Shown: positions 10,633 to 21,712 of the stretch, one piece after another
Layout: each line of letters begins with the position of its first letter
How positions within the stretch are numbered: position 1 is the first letter of the stretch
Virus record (IMG/VR): IMGVR_UViG_3300020048_000011
Source of the DNA: a virus
Direction: 5' to 3' (one strand)
Length of the DNA stretch: 64,000 nt
Made by a program: the position numbers and the translations under genes
The notes under the pieces: model-generated
Database searches by the model: none
Seen by the model: the letters and a program-made list of their open reading frames with translations, nothing else
Told to the model about the DNA's origin: nothing

Positions 10633-12381
10633 ATGGCAATCACAACAACGCAATATAAAAACTTGCCACTACTTAGTGGCTTAGCTGGTGATAAGCAATT
10701 ACCTGATTTAGCGGCTTTAAAAACAGCTATCATTGATATAGACGCTGAACTTAATTCTATATCGGCTTCTGTAGGGCCTCAGGGACCAGCTGGACCACAA
10801 GGATTGCAGGGGCCTATCGGTCCAGCTAGCACCGTGGTGGGTCCTGTAGGGCCACAGGGCATCCAAGGCATACAGGGCATACAAGGCAATAAAGGGGATA
10901 CAGGCTTGCAGGGCTTGCAAGGCATCAGGGGTAGTGTGGGTATAGATGGTCCACCTGGTCCTCAAGGCATTCAAGGACCCAAAGGGGATACTGGAGATAC
11001 TGGACCACAGGGTATTCAAGGACCCAAAGGGGATACTGGAGATACTGGACCACAGGGTATTCAAGGCATACCTGGTACCGGTGGTTCGGATACTGCAGAC
11101 CAGATACGTACAAAATTAGGCATCACTACTCTGTCTGGGTCCAATACTGGTGACCAAGTAATTCCTACCACTCTACCTGCATCTGACGTATCAGCTTGGG
11201 CTAAAGCAGCCACTAAACCTACATATACCGCTACTGAAGTAGGCTTGGGTAATGTAGATAATAAGTCATCAGCTACGATTATAAGTGAAATTACTAGTGA
11301 TAACGTCATTACAGCATTGGGGTATACACCTGTCGATGCAAATAATGTACCGGTTACTTATGTGCACCCTACTTCGCATCTTGCTACCATAATAACAGAG
11401 GACGAAACACATAGGTTCGTAACTGATGCAGAAAAGATCACATGGAATTCTGGAGGTGGTGAAATACCCGGTGTGGCTGGCACTTACAGTAACCCAACTG
11501 TCACTGTAAACAGTAATGGTAGAATCACAGCTATTAATGCTAATCCAAATGTAGCATCACCAGTAGTAAATTTCCATTCATCATTAAGGAGAGGTGCACC
11601 TACGTTTGCTGTTACATTTACAGATGAAACTACCAATGAACCGTTTGCATGGTATTGGGATTTTGGTGATGGTGGTGTGTCTACTGCACAGAATCCGGTA
11701 CATCAGTATAATACAGATGGTGTGTTTGATGTAAAATTGACAGCCACTAATGGTAGCGGATCTAACTCTGCTACTAGAATGGATTACATTACTAGTAGCA
11801 GTATACCGGAGATATCAATTACTCCTAAATCCCATACTGAAGCACCATGTATAGTAGATGGTTGCACATATGACTGGGGTATAACTGCAAATGTACCAGA
11901 CGGCACTGTGTTGTACTGGACGCTTGGTGGTGGCAGTACAGGTACAGTTATAGGGCCAAGCTTCGGCACATTAGTGGTGTATAACGGTAGAGCCATAGTG
12001 TCCACAGCGTGGACCGGTGCTACATCTTTCATTAACTTCATATTTTATATTAAAGATAGCACTTATACTGTACAATATGCACGATCAGGAGAGCTTATTA
12101 TAAATAACAATAATATAAATGTAAAATTTACAACAGATACAGTAACCGGAAATGCACCATTAACTGTTAATTTTACAGATACCTCCGTAGGTACTGCAGG
12201 TCGCCCTGCATGTACAGCCACAGGCTGGACATGGGAATTCGGTGACGGTGGCACATCCGTTGAACAAAACCCATCACATGTTTATACTGAACCAGGTGTG
12301 TACACTGTTGTGCTTAATGTGGGTACTAACTACGGTACCACCGGCAGTGTTTCAAAACCATTCTTAATTACAGTAACATAA
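10633..12381 (+). CDS. fibre protein: collagen segment, fibre repeat and two PKD domains
   Basis: Gly-X-Y stretch; [21 protein letters not shown] repeat; two W.W.FGDGG.S..QNP.H.Y...G...V.L PKD motifs. Confidence 0.75.
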   Translation: MAITTTQYKNLPLLSGLAGDKQLPDLAALKTAIIDIDAELNSISASVGPQGPAGPQGLQGPIGPASTVVGPVGPQGIQGIQGIQGNKGDTGLQGLQGIRGSVGIDGPPGPQGIQGPKGDTGDTGPQGIQGPKGDTGDTGPQGIQGIPGTGGSDTADQIRTKLGITTLSGSNTGDQVIPTTLPASDVSAWAKAATKPTYTATEVGLGNVDNKSSATIISEITSDNVITALGYTPVDANNVPVTYVHPTSHLATIITEDETHRFVTDAEKITWNSGGGEIPGVAGTYSNPTVTVNSNGRITAINANPNVASPVVNFHSSLRRGAPTFAVTFTDETTNEPFAWYWDFGDGGVSTAQNPVHQYNTDGVFDVKLTATNGSGSNSATRMDYITSSSIPEISITPKSHTEAPCIVDGCTYDWGITANVPDGTVLYWTLGGGSTGTVIGPSFGTLVVYNGRAIVSTAWTGATSFINFIFYIKDSTYTVQYARSGELIINNNNINVKFTTDTVTGNAPLTVNFTDTSVGTAGRPACTATGWTWEFGDGGTSVEQNPSHVYTEPGVYTVVLNVGTNYGTTGSVSKPFLITVT

Positions 12382-12463
12382 ATTTGTTTAAAAATTAAGT
12401 CAAAATATATCGGTACATGAGGTAACCCCATGTACCGATACTATGACTGAAAGGGTATTTATT

Positions 12464-12874
12464 ATGAAAGATAGCATCGATTATAAGAAGATTTGGAATG
12501 AGCTTCATGAAGAGCATGTAGTAATAGATGATCTAGTAAAAAAAGTGCACAATGAAGATACTGATCAAGAAGTCATATTGAAACATCTGGATGATCTTGA
12601 TTTTAATGTGATGACTCATTTCAGAAATGAAGAAAAGTTCATGGAAGATATAAAGTATCCTGCATCAGCATATCACAAAGCAATTCACTGTACATTAGAA
12701 GAATTATTGCACAAAATCGTACTATGTAGCCATTTGTGCATATTAGATAAAAACACATTGGTGGAAGCATTAAAGAAAGTTATAATGAACCATGTATCTA
12801 CACATGACTATATGTTAGACACATATGTCTATGCAAACTTCACATTTGCAGAAAAGAAAAAGGTATATGGATAA
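12464..12874 (+). CDS. hemerythrin-family di-iron protein 1
   Basis: Full ligand set: EEH, HFRNE (HxxxE), HKAIH (HxxxH), HVSTHD (HxxxxD). Confidence 0.85.
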   Translation: MKDSIDYKKIWNELHEEHVVIDDLVKKVHNEDTDQEVILKHLDDLDFNVMTHFRNEEKFMEDIKYPASAYHKAIHCTLEELLHKIVLCSHLCILDKNTLVEALKKVIMNHVSTHDYMLDTYVYANFTFAEKKKVYG

Positions 12875-13295
12875 AGAGAGTTTTAAACATTACATGATTG
12901 GCGTAAAGGAGATAGACGACGAGCACTTGGTTCTGCTTGAATTAATGGAGAAGATTTCATTATGTGCAGTTGGTGATAAAGAATGTATAAAGCGTATAAC
13001 GAATGACATATATGAACAGACTGTTATACATGGTACACACGAAGAGGCATTTATGGAAAAGATAAATTATCCATATATAACCTATCATAAACAAGAACAT
13101 GCGAGTATACTAACTAGGTTAAGAAAGCTAAAGCACAACCGTGTCATTCATATGCCACAAAGGTTTCTAATGGAGTCAATCCGTGAGGCAGTTTTAGGCC
13201 ATATCGATAAATACGATATGCAGATAGGTGACTTTTATAAAGGGGTGTGTAATGAAAATAACAGACTGGTTTCTTTCACTAGTGGGCAAAATTAA
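12867..13295 (+). CDS. bacteriohemerythrin 2
   Basis: IGVKEIDDEH, HGTHE, HKQEH, HIDKYD. Start overlaps the stop of hemerythrin 1. Confidence 0.9.
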   Translation: MDKESFKHYMIGVKEIDDEHLVLLELMEKISLCAVGDKECIKRITNDIYEQTVIHGTHEEAFMEKINYPYITYHKQEHASILTRLRKLKHNRVIHMPQRFLMESIREAVLGHIDKYDMQIGDFYKGVCNENNRLVSFTSGQN

Positions 13296-13857
13296 ATGGC
13301 CTACATCAAAGTTAATCAATACTGATGATCTGAAGGTAATACACGATCTATTAGTAAAGGATTATTATATTATCCTCACTAGAAGAAGCAACCACTTGTC
13401 TACATTTTTCATAGGGTTTGCTAATTTTGTACTTACTAGAAAATGGGGACATTGGTCTCATTCATTAATGAATTTGGAAGACGAAGTAAAAGATGATAGT
13501 GATTTTAGACTCATTGAATCGACATCGTATGGCGTGCATTATACACCATTTGAAAAGGTATTTGATGTAAGTTCGGTGGCGTTATTAAAGCCAAAGAAAT
13601 TTGACTTATGCCAATGGACTGGCTTACTAGACAAAGCTAAAAGCGAGCTAGGGAAGCCATATGACACTCTCTTCAATCTTAAGGACAATCAGGCACTCAG
13701 CTGCGTAGAATTGGTAAGAACCATATTGATGGACGAGCCAAATTACCTAGCGGATTTTGCTGAATTTGAGAAACTAATTGCTACATACAAAAACCTCACA
13801 CCTCAAATGTTTTTTGATTGTGCAGATTTTGAAGTGGTGTATTTAAAGAAGGTTTGA
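13252..13857 (+). CDS. permuted papain-like amidase (YaeF/YiiX, C92 family)
   Basis: WSHS...LIES...GV...LGKPYD...LSCVELV: His precedes the catalytic Cys, as in the permuted fold. Confidence 0.75.
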   Translation: MKITDWFLSLVGKIKWPTSKLINTDDLKVIHDLLVKDYYIILTRRSNHLSTFFIGFANFVLTRKWGHWSHSLMNLEDEVKDDSDFRLIESTSYGVHYTPFEKVFDVSSVALLKPKKFDLCQWTGLLDKAKSELGKPYDTLFNLKDNQALSCVELVRTILMDEPNYLADFAEFEKLIATYKNLTPQMFFDCADFEVVYLKKV

Positions 13858-13930
13858 AGTAAACACAGCGCGATAGTATACAATAGGTTTTTAGGGTTTC
13901 ATTTTGTTTTAATTTTTAAGGATTTTGATC

Positions 13931-16900
13931 ATGCCAGTTTCAAACTCATCTAAGTTGGGTTATCCAATTCCAGGCGCCACAGTAAACGATAGCCGCCTGC
14001 TAGACGTTCAGGCTATTAAGCAAGCCTTAGTGGCTATTGATAATAGCATCAATACCGCTCCACCCACCGGTGATCTATCTACAGATTTCTCCGCAAAGAC
14101 ACTGACTGTGTCTGGAGACATTTTACCATCTGGCACTTCTGTTAAGAACATAGGTTCACCTGCAAATAGATTTGGTAGCATCTATGTAGATGAAGCACAT
14201 CTTAGCGTAAACACTTTGTATCTTGGTGATGTGGCTGTATTGGGCACCAATGTAGATACGGTAAACATCTCTGCTGATCCAGGTCAATCCATCAATATCA
14301 AAACCACCGGTTTGGGTAGTAGTTTAGTGTCATCTGAAAAAGGTGTGTTAGTAACTAGTATCGGTAGTAACGGCGATGTGTTGGTAAGTTCACCTAACAC
14401 TGGTGGGCAAGTTAGACTGTCAGCTGCACAATCTATTGCCATCACTGCGCCAGAAACAGTTACCTACGGTAGCGCTACTGTAACAGGTAATCAAACTGTG
14501 ACTGGTAACCTTACTGTTACAGGTAATGTCACTATCAATGGTACTACCGCTACAGTGAATGCTACTACGGTATCCACCAAAGATAATATCATCACTGTAA
14601 ACAGTGGCCAAGTAGGTTCTGGTGTATCAGCTGGTAAAGCTGGTATTGCAGTAGATCGTGGCGATGAACCCGATTACCAAATGGTGTTTGATGAAGCTGA
14701 CGACATGTTTAAAGTCGGTATGATAGGTAGCCTGCAAACAATCGCTTCACATAACTTTACAGAAGCTACATACGCACCAATCGCGCATACTCATGCCGCA
14801 GCTACTACTACTGTATCTGGTCTAATGAGTGCAGCTGATAAGACCAAGTTGGATGGTGTATCTGGTACTAATACTGGTGATGAAACCACTGTATCCATTA
14901 AAACCAAATTAGGTGTCACTACTTTATCTGGTAGCAACACAGGTGACCAAGTCATCCCAATTACTCTTCCGGCATCCGACGTACATGAATGGGCTAAAGA
15001 GCCCTCTAGACCCACATACACAGCTGCTGATGTAGGGTTGGGTAATGTAGATAACACTGCTGATGCTGTTAAATCAGTAGCATCAGCTGCTACAGTAGCT
15101 TACAGTGGTATCACTGGTAAACCTACTACATTGGCTGGACTGGGTATTTCTGATGTATACACAAAAGCTGCTACCGATAGCAAAATTCAAGCTATCATTG
15201 GTGCTGCACCTGAAGCTTTGGATACATTACAAGAAATTGCAGCTCAGTTGGCTTCAGATGAATCAGCTGTATCTTCATTGATTACTACTGTAAGTGGCAA
15301 AGCAGATTCAGCACATGTGCACAGTACAGCTACTACTTCAGTAGATGGGTTCTTGAGTGCAGCAGATAAGACCAAATTGGACAGTGTTGCTGTTGGTGCT
15401 GGTGTGACTACAGTGACATCTGTAGCTGGCCGTACTGGTGCAGTCGTATTAGCTAAAACAGATGTGGGTCTGTCTAATGTAGATAATACATCTGACGTAA
15501 ACAAACCAATTTCTAATGCTACACAAACTGCATTAGCTGCAAAACAAGATTCCTTGGGCTTTACACCTTACAACAGCACCAATCCATCTGATTTCATTGC
15601 AGCATCTGGTGCTCCAGTGCAAAGTGTAGCTGGTAAGACAGGCACTGTAAGTTTAGTCAAAGCCGATGTAGGTCTTGGTAATGTAGATAACACTGCTGAC
15701 TCAGCTAAATCTGTAGCTAGTGCAGCTTCTGTTCCATTCACCGGTATTACTGGTACACCTACCACTATCGCTGGATATGGCATTACTGATGCATATAACA
15801 AAACTGAAACTGATAGCCGCATACAAGCCGTAGTAGGTGCAGCTCCTGCTGCATTGGATACTCTAGCAGAAATTGCTACTCAATTGGCTTCAGATGAATC
15901 AGCTGTATCTTCATTGGTTACCACTGTAAGTGCAAAAGCAGATACTACATATGTAAACACACAGTTACTAGGTAAATCTGATAGTGCTCATGTACACAGT
16001 TCAGCTACTACTTCAGTAGGTGGTTTCTTATCTGCTACAGATAAGACCAAACTAGATGCAATTACTGGTACTAATACTGGTGACGAAACACTAGCTACTA
16101 TCAAGACTAAATTAGGTGTCACTACTCTATCTGGTAGCAACACTGGTGACCAAGTAATTCCTACTACATTACCTGCATCTGACGTATCAGATTGGGCTAA
16201 AGCAGCTACTAAGCCTACTTATACTGCTACTGAAGTAGGATTGGGTAATGTCAACAATACTGCTGATTCTGTCAAGTCCGTAGCTAGTGCAGCTGCTGTA
16301 CCATTCACTGGCGTGACTGGTAAGCCCACTACTGTAGCCGGATATGGTATTACTGATGCATACACAAAAACAGAAACTGACACACGCATTCAAGCGGTGG
16401 TCGGTGCAGCTCCTGCTGCGTTGGATACATTGGCTGAAATTGCTACTCAATTGGCTTCAGATGAATCAGCAGCCGCAGCTCTTACTACATCAGTAAGTTT
16501 GAAGGCAGCTACTACATATGTGGATACTCAGTTAGCTACTAAAGCAGCTAGTACACATACTCATGCAGCAGCCACTACATCAGCCGATGGACTAATGAGT
16601 GCAGCTGATAAGACTAAACTAAACGGTGTATCTGGTACTAACACTGGTGACGAAACACTAGCTACTATCAAGACTAAACTAGGTATCGCTACTCTATCTG
16701 GATCCAATACTGGTGACCAAGTAATTCCTACGACATTACCAGCTAGTGACGTATATACCTGGGCTAAAGCAGCTACTAAACCTACATATACCGCTAGCGA
16801 TGTAGGACTAGGTAGTGTAGAAAACAAATCATCAGCTACTATCCGTGGTGAGATTACTAGTGCTAATGTGACAGCTGCTTTGGGATTTACTCCTGCAAAT

Positions 16901-17191
16901 AGCGTATCCCCATCTGCTGGTGTAGTAATAAATGTAATTACTACAAACACCACAGCTACAGCAGGTATCACTTACATACTAGAAGCTGCGTGTACTCTCA
17001 CATTGCCAGCTAACCCAACAGTGAATGACTATGTGGGGTTTTCTAATCGAAGTGGTGGTACTGCTTGCGTAATCGCTTGCAATGGTAAGAAAATCATGGG
17101 TCTGGCTGAGGATCTAACACTGGATACATTGGCTACTTCTTATGGTAAATTGATTTACGCTAGTGCTACATCTGGTTGGGTTTTTGTTTAA
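13931..17191 (+). CDS. long tail fibre protein
   Basis: Three GAAP.ALDTL.EIA.QLASDES modules, three [13 protein letters not shown] modules and VGLGNVDNT repeats. C-terminal TLTLPANP..ND.VGF...NG.KI.G...DL.LD...GW domain. Confidence 0.8.
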   Translation: MPVSNSSKLGYPIPGATVNDSRLLDVQAIKQALVAIDNSINTAPPTGDLSTDFSAKTLTVSGDILPSGTSVKNIGSPANRFGSIYVDEAHLSVNTLYLGDVAVLGTNVDTVNISADPGQSINIKTTGLGSSLVSSEKGVLVTSIGSNGDVLVSSPNTGGQVRLSAAQSIAITAPETVTYGSATVTGNQTVTGNLTVTGNVTINGTTATVNATTVSTKDNIITVNSGQVGSGVSAGKAGIAVDRGDEPDYQMVFDEADDMFKVGMIGSLQTIASHNFTEATYAPIAHTHAAATTTVSGLMSAADKTKLDGVSGTNTGDETTVSIKTKLGVTTLSGSNTGDQVIPITLPASDVHEWAKEPSRPTYTAADVGLGNVDNTADAVKSVASAATVAYSGITGKPTTLAGLGISDVYTKAATDSKIQAIIGAAPEALDTLQEIAAQLASDESAVSSLITTVSGKADSAHVHSTATTSVDGFLSAADKTKLDSVAVGAGVTTVTSVAGRTGAVVLAKTDVGLSNVDNTSDVNKPISNATQTALAAKQDSLGFTPYNSTNPSDFIAASGAPVQSVAGKTGTVSLVKADVGLGNVDNTADSAKSVASAASVPFTGITGTPTTIAGYGITDAYNKTETDSRIQAVVGAAPAALDTLAEIATQLASDESAVSSLVTTVSAKADTTYVNTQLLGKSDSAHVHSSATTSVGGFLSATDKTKLDAITGTNTGDETLATIKTKLGVTTLSGSNTGDQVIPTTLPASDVSDWAKAATKPTYTATEVGLGNVNNTADSVKSVASAAAVPFTGVTGKPTTVAGYGITDAYTKTETDTRIQAVVGAAPAALDTLAEIATQLASDESAAAALTTSVSLKAATTYVDTQLATKAASTHTHAAATTSADGLMSAADKTKLNGVSGTNTGDETLATIKTKLGIATLSGSNTGDQVIPTTLPASDVYTWAKAATKPTYTASDVGLGSVENKSSATIRGEITSANVTAALGFTPANSVSPSAGVVINVITTNTTATAGITYILEAACTLTLPANPTVNDYVGFSNRSGGTACVIACNGKKIMGLAEDLTLDTLATSYGKLIYASATSGWVFV

Positions 17192-17246
17192 TGAAATGTG
17201 GGTGTATTAACCCACACCCACACTTTTAACATATAAGGATGGAATA

Positions 17247-18308
17247 ATGAGCACATTAAATCAACTCAGTAGTATTAAAGACATAGACATAAATGATAGT
17301 ATCTATTATGTAAAAGATACTGATAACACAGTCACCTTAGACGGTAAGACATTTTTGAGATCAGGTGTATTAGCTACACCTGACACATATCCACTAGCAG
17401 TAGCAAATTTAGCAGATGGTGCTGTCTGGACACAGAGGGCTTTACCTGTGAGTATTGGTTGGCAATCTGTTACTTATGGTAATGGGGTGTTTGTGGCTGT
17501 GGCTCAAAATAGTACCTATGCAGCTACTAGTCCCGATGGCATTACTTGGACTCAAAGAGTATTGCCTGTGAGTGCTAGTTGGACATCTGTTACATTTGGA
17601 AATGGGGTATTTGTGGCTGTGGCTTATGGTAGTGCTATAGCTGCTACTAGTCCCGATGGCATTACTTGGACTCAAAGAGTATTACCTGTGAGTACTAATT
17701 GGACATCTGTTACTTATGGTAATGGGGTATTTGTGGCTGTAACTTATGGTAGCACTATAGCTGCTACTAGCCCTGATGGTATCACATGGACTCAAAGAGT
17801 ATTACCAGCGAGTGCTACTTGGCAATCTGTTACTTATGCTAATGGGGTGTTTGTGGCTGTGGCTTATGGTAGTGCTATAGCTGCTACTAGTCCCGATGGC
17901 ATTACATGGACTCAGAGAGTGTTGCCAGTGAGTGCTCAATGGTACTCTGTTACTTATGGTAATGGGGTGTTTGTGGCTGTAGCTCAATATAGTACTATAG
18001 CTGCTACTAGCCCTGATGGTGTTACTTGGACTCAAAGAGTATTACCTGTGAGTGCTGCTTGGTATTTTGTTACTTATGGTAATGGGGTATTTGTGGCTAT
18101 AGTTAATTATAGTATTATTGCTGCCACTAGTCCCGATGGTATCACTTGGACTCAAAGAGCATTACCTGTGAGTACTGGTTGGCGGTCCATTACATTTGGT
18201 AATGGTGTGTTTGTGGCTGTGGCTTATAATAGTAGTATAGCAGCTACATCAGCTGATTGTGTAGGGTCACTTACATACACACCAAATCTTTATTTTAGGG
18301 TAGCGTAG
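17247..18308 (+). CDS. 7-repeat beta-propeller, putative adhesin/receptor-binding protein A
   Basis: Seven 40-aa repeats WTQR.LPVS..W.SVTYGNGVFVAVA..S..AATSPDGIT, between a DGKTFLRSG N-terminal segment and a TYTPNLYFRVA C-terminus. Confidence 0.7.
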   Translation: MSTLNQLSSIKDIDINDSIYYVKDTDNTVTLDGKTFLRSGVLATPDTYPLAVANLADGAVWTQRALPVSIGWQSVTYGNGVFVAVAQNSTYAATSPDGITWTQRVLPVSASWTSVTFGNGVFVAVAYGSAIAATSPDGITWTQRVLPVSTNWTSVTYGNGVFVAVTYGSTIAATSPDGITWTQRVLPASATWQSVTYANGVFVAVAYGSAIAATSPDGITWTQRVLPVSAQWYSVTYGNGVFVAVAQYSTIAATSPDGVTWTQRVLPVSAAWYFVTYGNGVFVAIVNYSIIAATSPDGITWTQRALPVSTGWRSITFGNGVFVAVAYNSSIAATSADCVGSLTYTPNLYFRVA

Positions 18309-18342
18309 TTTTTCTTTAATCTTTTTAATCGAGTAAATCAAA

Positions 18343-18669
18343 ATGACTTTTACAATCGTAGATGGACCTGGTAGCCAAAAAGAACCACAAGCTGATACAT
18401 CAAAATTAATCGACAAAGGACCTTTCTTTGATCGTTTTGGTGCATTCAAGATGACTATCCTTACATCGCAGGACCCTGTGATTAAAGCTGTCATCACTGA
18501 CATCAATGTGAGATTATGGATTGACTTAGCTAATCCTGAAGTAGCGACTACTTTGGATTATCTAATAGCTAATGTCCCTGGGTTTACAGCAGAGTTGAAA
18601 GATTCTATTCTGAATACACCAGTAGGTCATCTAGAGAATCTAGGACTGCGGAAACTATATTTTAATTAG
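18343..18669 (+). CDS. putative tail-fibre assembly/chaperone protein
   Basis: IDKGPFFDRFG...DP...VRLWIDL pattern, which I recall from small proteins next to phage fibre genes. Position among the fibre-tip genes fits. Confidence 0.45.
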   Translation: MTFTIVDGPGSQKEPQADTSKLIDKGPFFDRFGAFKMTILTSQDPVIKAVITDINVRLWIDLANPEVATTLDYLIANVPGFTAELKDSILNTPVGHLENLGLRKLYFN

Positions 18670-18752
18670 AAATACATAAAGTCATAATTGCAGAGTGATT
18701 TATGTCACTCTGCAATTTATATAGTTTCAAATTTATTTAAGGATATTTTATT

Positions 18753-20654
18753 ATGATTAGCTTTAGTGGGTTATCAGATAAACCCAGAGATATAATGATA
18801 GGTGAGGGTGAACTTATTTGCTGCAATAATTCAGCAAATACATTATCATTAGACGGTAAGACATTTCTTAGATCGGGTGTAGTAGTACCACCTAGTGCAT
18901 ATCTACCCACAGTATGGACTCAAGGGGTATTACCTGATACTGTAAGTTGGTATTCTGTTACTTATGGTAACGGGGTGTTTGTGGCTGTGGCTTATGGTGA
19001 TATGGCCGCTACTAGCCCTGATGGTATTACATGGACTCAGAGAGTATTACCAGTAAGTACTAATTGGCATGCAGTTACTTATGGTAACGGGGTGTTTGTA
19101 GCTGTAGCTTATAACAGCACTATAGCAGCTACTAGTCCTGATGGTATTACATGGACTCAGAGAGTATTACCTGTGAGTGCTACTTGGAGATTTGTTACTT
19201 ATGGTAACGGGGTATTTGTAGCTATGGCTATTAATAGTGCTACTGCAGCTACTAGTCCTGATGGCATTACATGGACTCAGAGGGCTTTACCTGTGAGTGA
19301 TAATTGGCGATCAGTTACTTATGGTAACGGGGTATTTGTGGCTGTTGTGGGTAACGATAGTACTATAGCAGCTACATCTCCTGATGGCATTACATGGACA
19401 CAGAGGACATTACCTGCGTATGATAGTTGGAGCTCTGTTGTTTATGGTAATGGTGTATTTGTGACTGTAGCTTATAATAGTACCATTGCAGCTACTAGCC
19501 CTGATGGTATTACATGGACACAGAGAGTATTACCTGTGAGTACTAATTGGTATACTGTTACTTATGGTAACGGGGTGTTTGTGGCTATTGGTTATGATAG
19601 TGCTACTGCAGCTACTAGCCTTGATGGTATTACATGGACTCAGAGAGTATTACCTGTGAGTGCTCTTTGGCGATCTGTTATTTATGGTAACGGGGTATTT
19701 GTAGCTATGGCTATTAATAGTGCTACTGCAGCTAGTATTGCAAACTCACTGGTGGTACCAATTGGGAGTGTTTGGGTACAGAGAGTGTTACCTGTGAGTG
19801 CTAATTGGTGGTCAGTTACTTATGGTAATGGGGTATTTGTAGCTGTAGCTTATGGTAGTAGTATAGCTGCTACATCAGCTGATGGTATTACATGGACTCA
19901 AAGGGCTTTACCTGTGAGTACTGGTTGGCGTTCAGTTACTTATGGTAATGGGGTGTTTGTAGCTGTAGCTTATAATAGTAACTATGCAGCTACATCTCCA
20001 GATGGTATTACATGGACTCAAAGGGCTTTACCTGTGAGTATTGGTTGGCAATCTGTTACTTATGGTAATGGGGTGTTTGTGGCTGTAGTTGCTAGTAGTA
20101 CCATAGCAGCTACTAGTCCAGATGGTATTACATGGACTCAGAGGACTATGCCTGTGTATGCTAGTTGGTTGTCAGTTACTTATGGTAATGGGGTGTTTGT
20201 AGCTGTAGCTCAAAGTAGTACTATTGCTGCTACTAGCCCTGATGGGATTACATGGACACAGAGGGTATTACCTGTGAGTGCTATTTGGCAATCTGTTACT
20301 TATGGTAATGGGGTATTTGTGGCTGTAGTTGCTAGTAGTGCCATAGCAGCTACATCTACAGACGGTATCACATGGACACAGAGGACATTACCTGTGATTA
20401 CTAACTGGTACTCTGTTACTTATGGTAATGGATTGTTTGTGGCTGTGGCTTTTGGTAGTACCTATGCAGCTACATCTCCTGATGGTATTACATGGACATC
20501 GAGGACATTACCTGTAAACACTAATTGGATTTCTGTTACATTTGGTAATGGAGTATTTGTGGCTGTGGCTTATAATAGCAATAAAGCTGCTACATCAGCT
20601 GATTGTATAGGATCACTTACATACACACCAAATCTTTATTTTAGGGTAGCATAA
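18753..20654 (+). CDS. 14-repeat (2 x 7) beta-propeller, putative adhesin B
   Basis: Fourteen 40-aa repeats in two blocks of seven, joined by the linker SIANSLVVPIGS. Same N- and C-terminal motifs as A. Confidence 0.7.
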   Translation: MISFSGLSDKPRDIMIGEGELICCNNSANTLSLDGKTFLRSGVVVPPSAYLPTVWTQGVLPDTVSWYSVTYGNGVFVAVAYGDMAATSPDGITWTQRVLPVSTNWHAVTYGNGVFVAVAYNSTIAATSPDGITWTQRVLPVSATWRFVTYGNGVFVAMAINSATAATSPDGITWTQRALPVSDNWRSVTYGNGVFVAVVGNDSTIAATSPDGITWTQRTLPAYDSWSSVVYGNGVFVTVAYNSTIAATSPDGITWTQRVLPVSTNWYTVTYGNGVFVAIGYDSATAATSLDGITWTQRVLPVSALWRSVIYGNGVFVAMAINSATAASIANSLVVPIGSVWVQRVLPVSANWWSVTYGNGVFVAVAYGSSIAATSADGITWTQRALPVSTGWRSVTYGNGVFVAVAYNSNYAATSPDGITWTQRALPVSIGWQSVTYGNGVFVAVVASSTIAATSPDGITWTQRTMPVYASWLSVTYGNGVFVAVAQSSTIAATSPDGITWTQRVLPVSAIWQSVTYGNGVFVAVVASSAIAATSTDGITWTQRTLPVITNWYSVTYGNGLFVAVAFGSTYAATSPDGITWTSRTLPVNTNWISVTFGNGVFVAVAYNSNKAATSADCIGSLTYTPNLYFRVA

Positions 20655-21712
20655 TGAGTAAATTAAGTCAATTCTTTAACAGTGATCCTGTAGCTATTAA
20701 TAAAGGTAAATTTATTAATGATACGGCTAACACTGTTGTATCAGATGGTAAGACATTTCTTAGGTCGGGTATCACAGCTGCATCTAGTGCATATCCTGCT
20801 GCATTAGCAAATTTAGCAGATGGTGCTGTCTGGACACAGAGAGCATTACCTGTGTATGCTGATTGGCGATCAGTTACATATGGTAATGGAGTGTTTGTGG
20901 CTGTGGCTAATAGTAGCAATAAAGCTGCTACTAGTCCAGACGGTATTACATGGACTCAAAGAGCATTACCTGTGTATGCTGATTGGCGATCAGTTACATA
21001 TGGTAATGGATTGTTTGTAGCTGTGGCTTCTTATAGTGATATAGCAGCTACTAGTGCTGATGGTATCACATGGACACAGAGAGTATTACCTGTGAATACT
21101 GGTTGGTATTCAGTTACATTTGGTAATGGGGTGTTTGTGACTATGAGTTATGATAGTGCTATTGCAGCTACTAGCCCTGATGGTATTACATGGACACAGA
21201 GAGTGTTGCCAGTGAGTGCTCAATGGTACTCTGTTACTTATGGTAATGGAGTGTTTGTAGCTGTAGCTTATAATAGCAATAAAGCTGCTACATCTCCAGA
21301 TGGTATTACATGGACATCGAGGACATTACCTGTAAACACTAATTGGATTTCTGTTACATTTGGTAATGGAGTATTTGTAGCTGTGGCTAATAGTACTATT
21401 ATTGCTGCTACTAGCCCTGATGGGGTTACATGGACACAGAGGACTTTACCTGTGAGTGCTACTTGGGTGTCTGTTACTTATGGCAATGGGGTGTTTGTAG
21501 CTGTGGCTAATAATACTATTATTGCTGCTACTAGCCCTGATGGTGTCACTTGGACTCAAAGAGCATTACCTGTGAATACTGATTGGTACTCTGTGACTTA
21601 TGGTAATGGGGTGTTTGTGACTGTGGCTAATAGTAGTGCCATTGCTGCTACATCAGCTGATTATGTAGGGTCACTTACATACACACCAAATCTTTATTTT
21701 AGGGTAGCATAA
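20654..21712 (+). CDS. 7-repeat beta-propeller, putative adhesin C
   Basis: Seven repeats; MSKLSQFF N-terminus; TAATG stop/start coupling to the previous gene. Confidence 0.7.
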   Translation: MSKLSQFFNSDPVAINKGKFINDTANTVVSDGKTFLRSGITAASSAYPAALANLADGAVWTQRALPVYADWRSVTYGNGVFVAVANSSNKAATSPDGITWTQRALPVYADWRSVTYGNGLFVAVASYSDIAATSADGITWTQRVLPVNTGWYSVTFGNGVFVTMSYDSAIAATSPDGITWTQRVLPVSAQWYSVTYGNGVFVAVAYNSNKAATSPDGITWTSRTLPVNTNWISVTFGNGVFVAVANSTIIAATSPDGVTWTQRTLPVSATWVSVTYGNGVFVAVANNTIIAATSPDGVTWTQRALPVNTDWYSVTYGNGVFVTVANSSAIAATSADYVGSLTYTPNLYFRVA

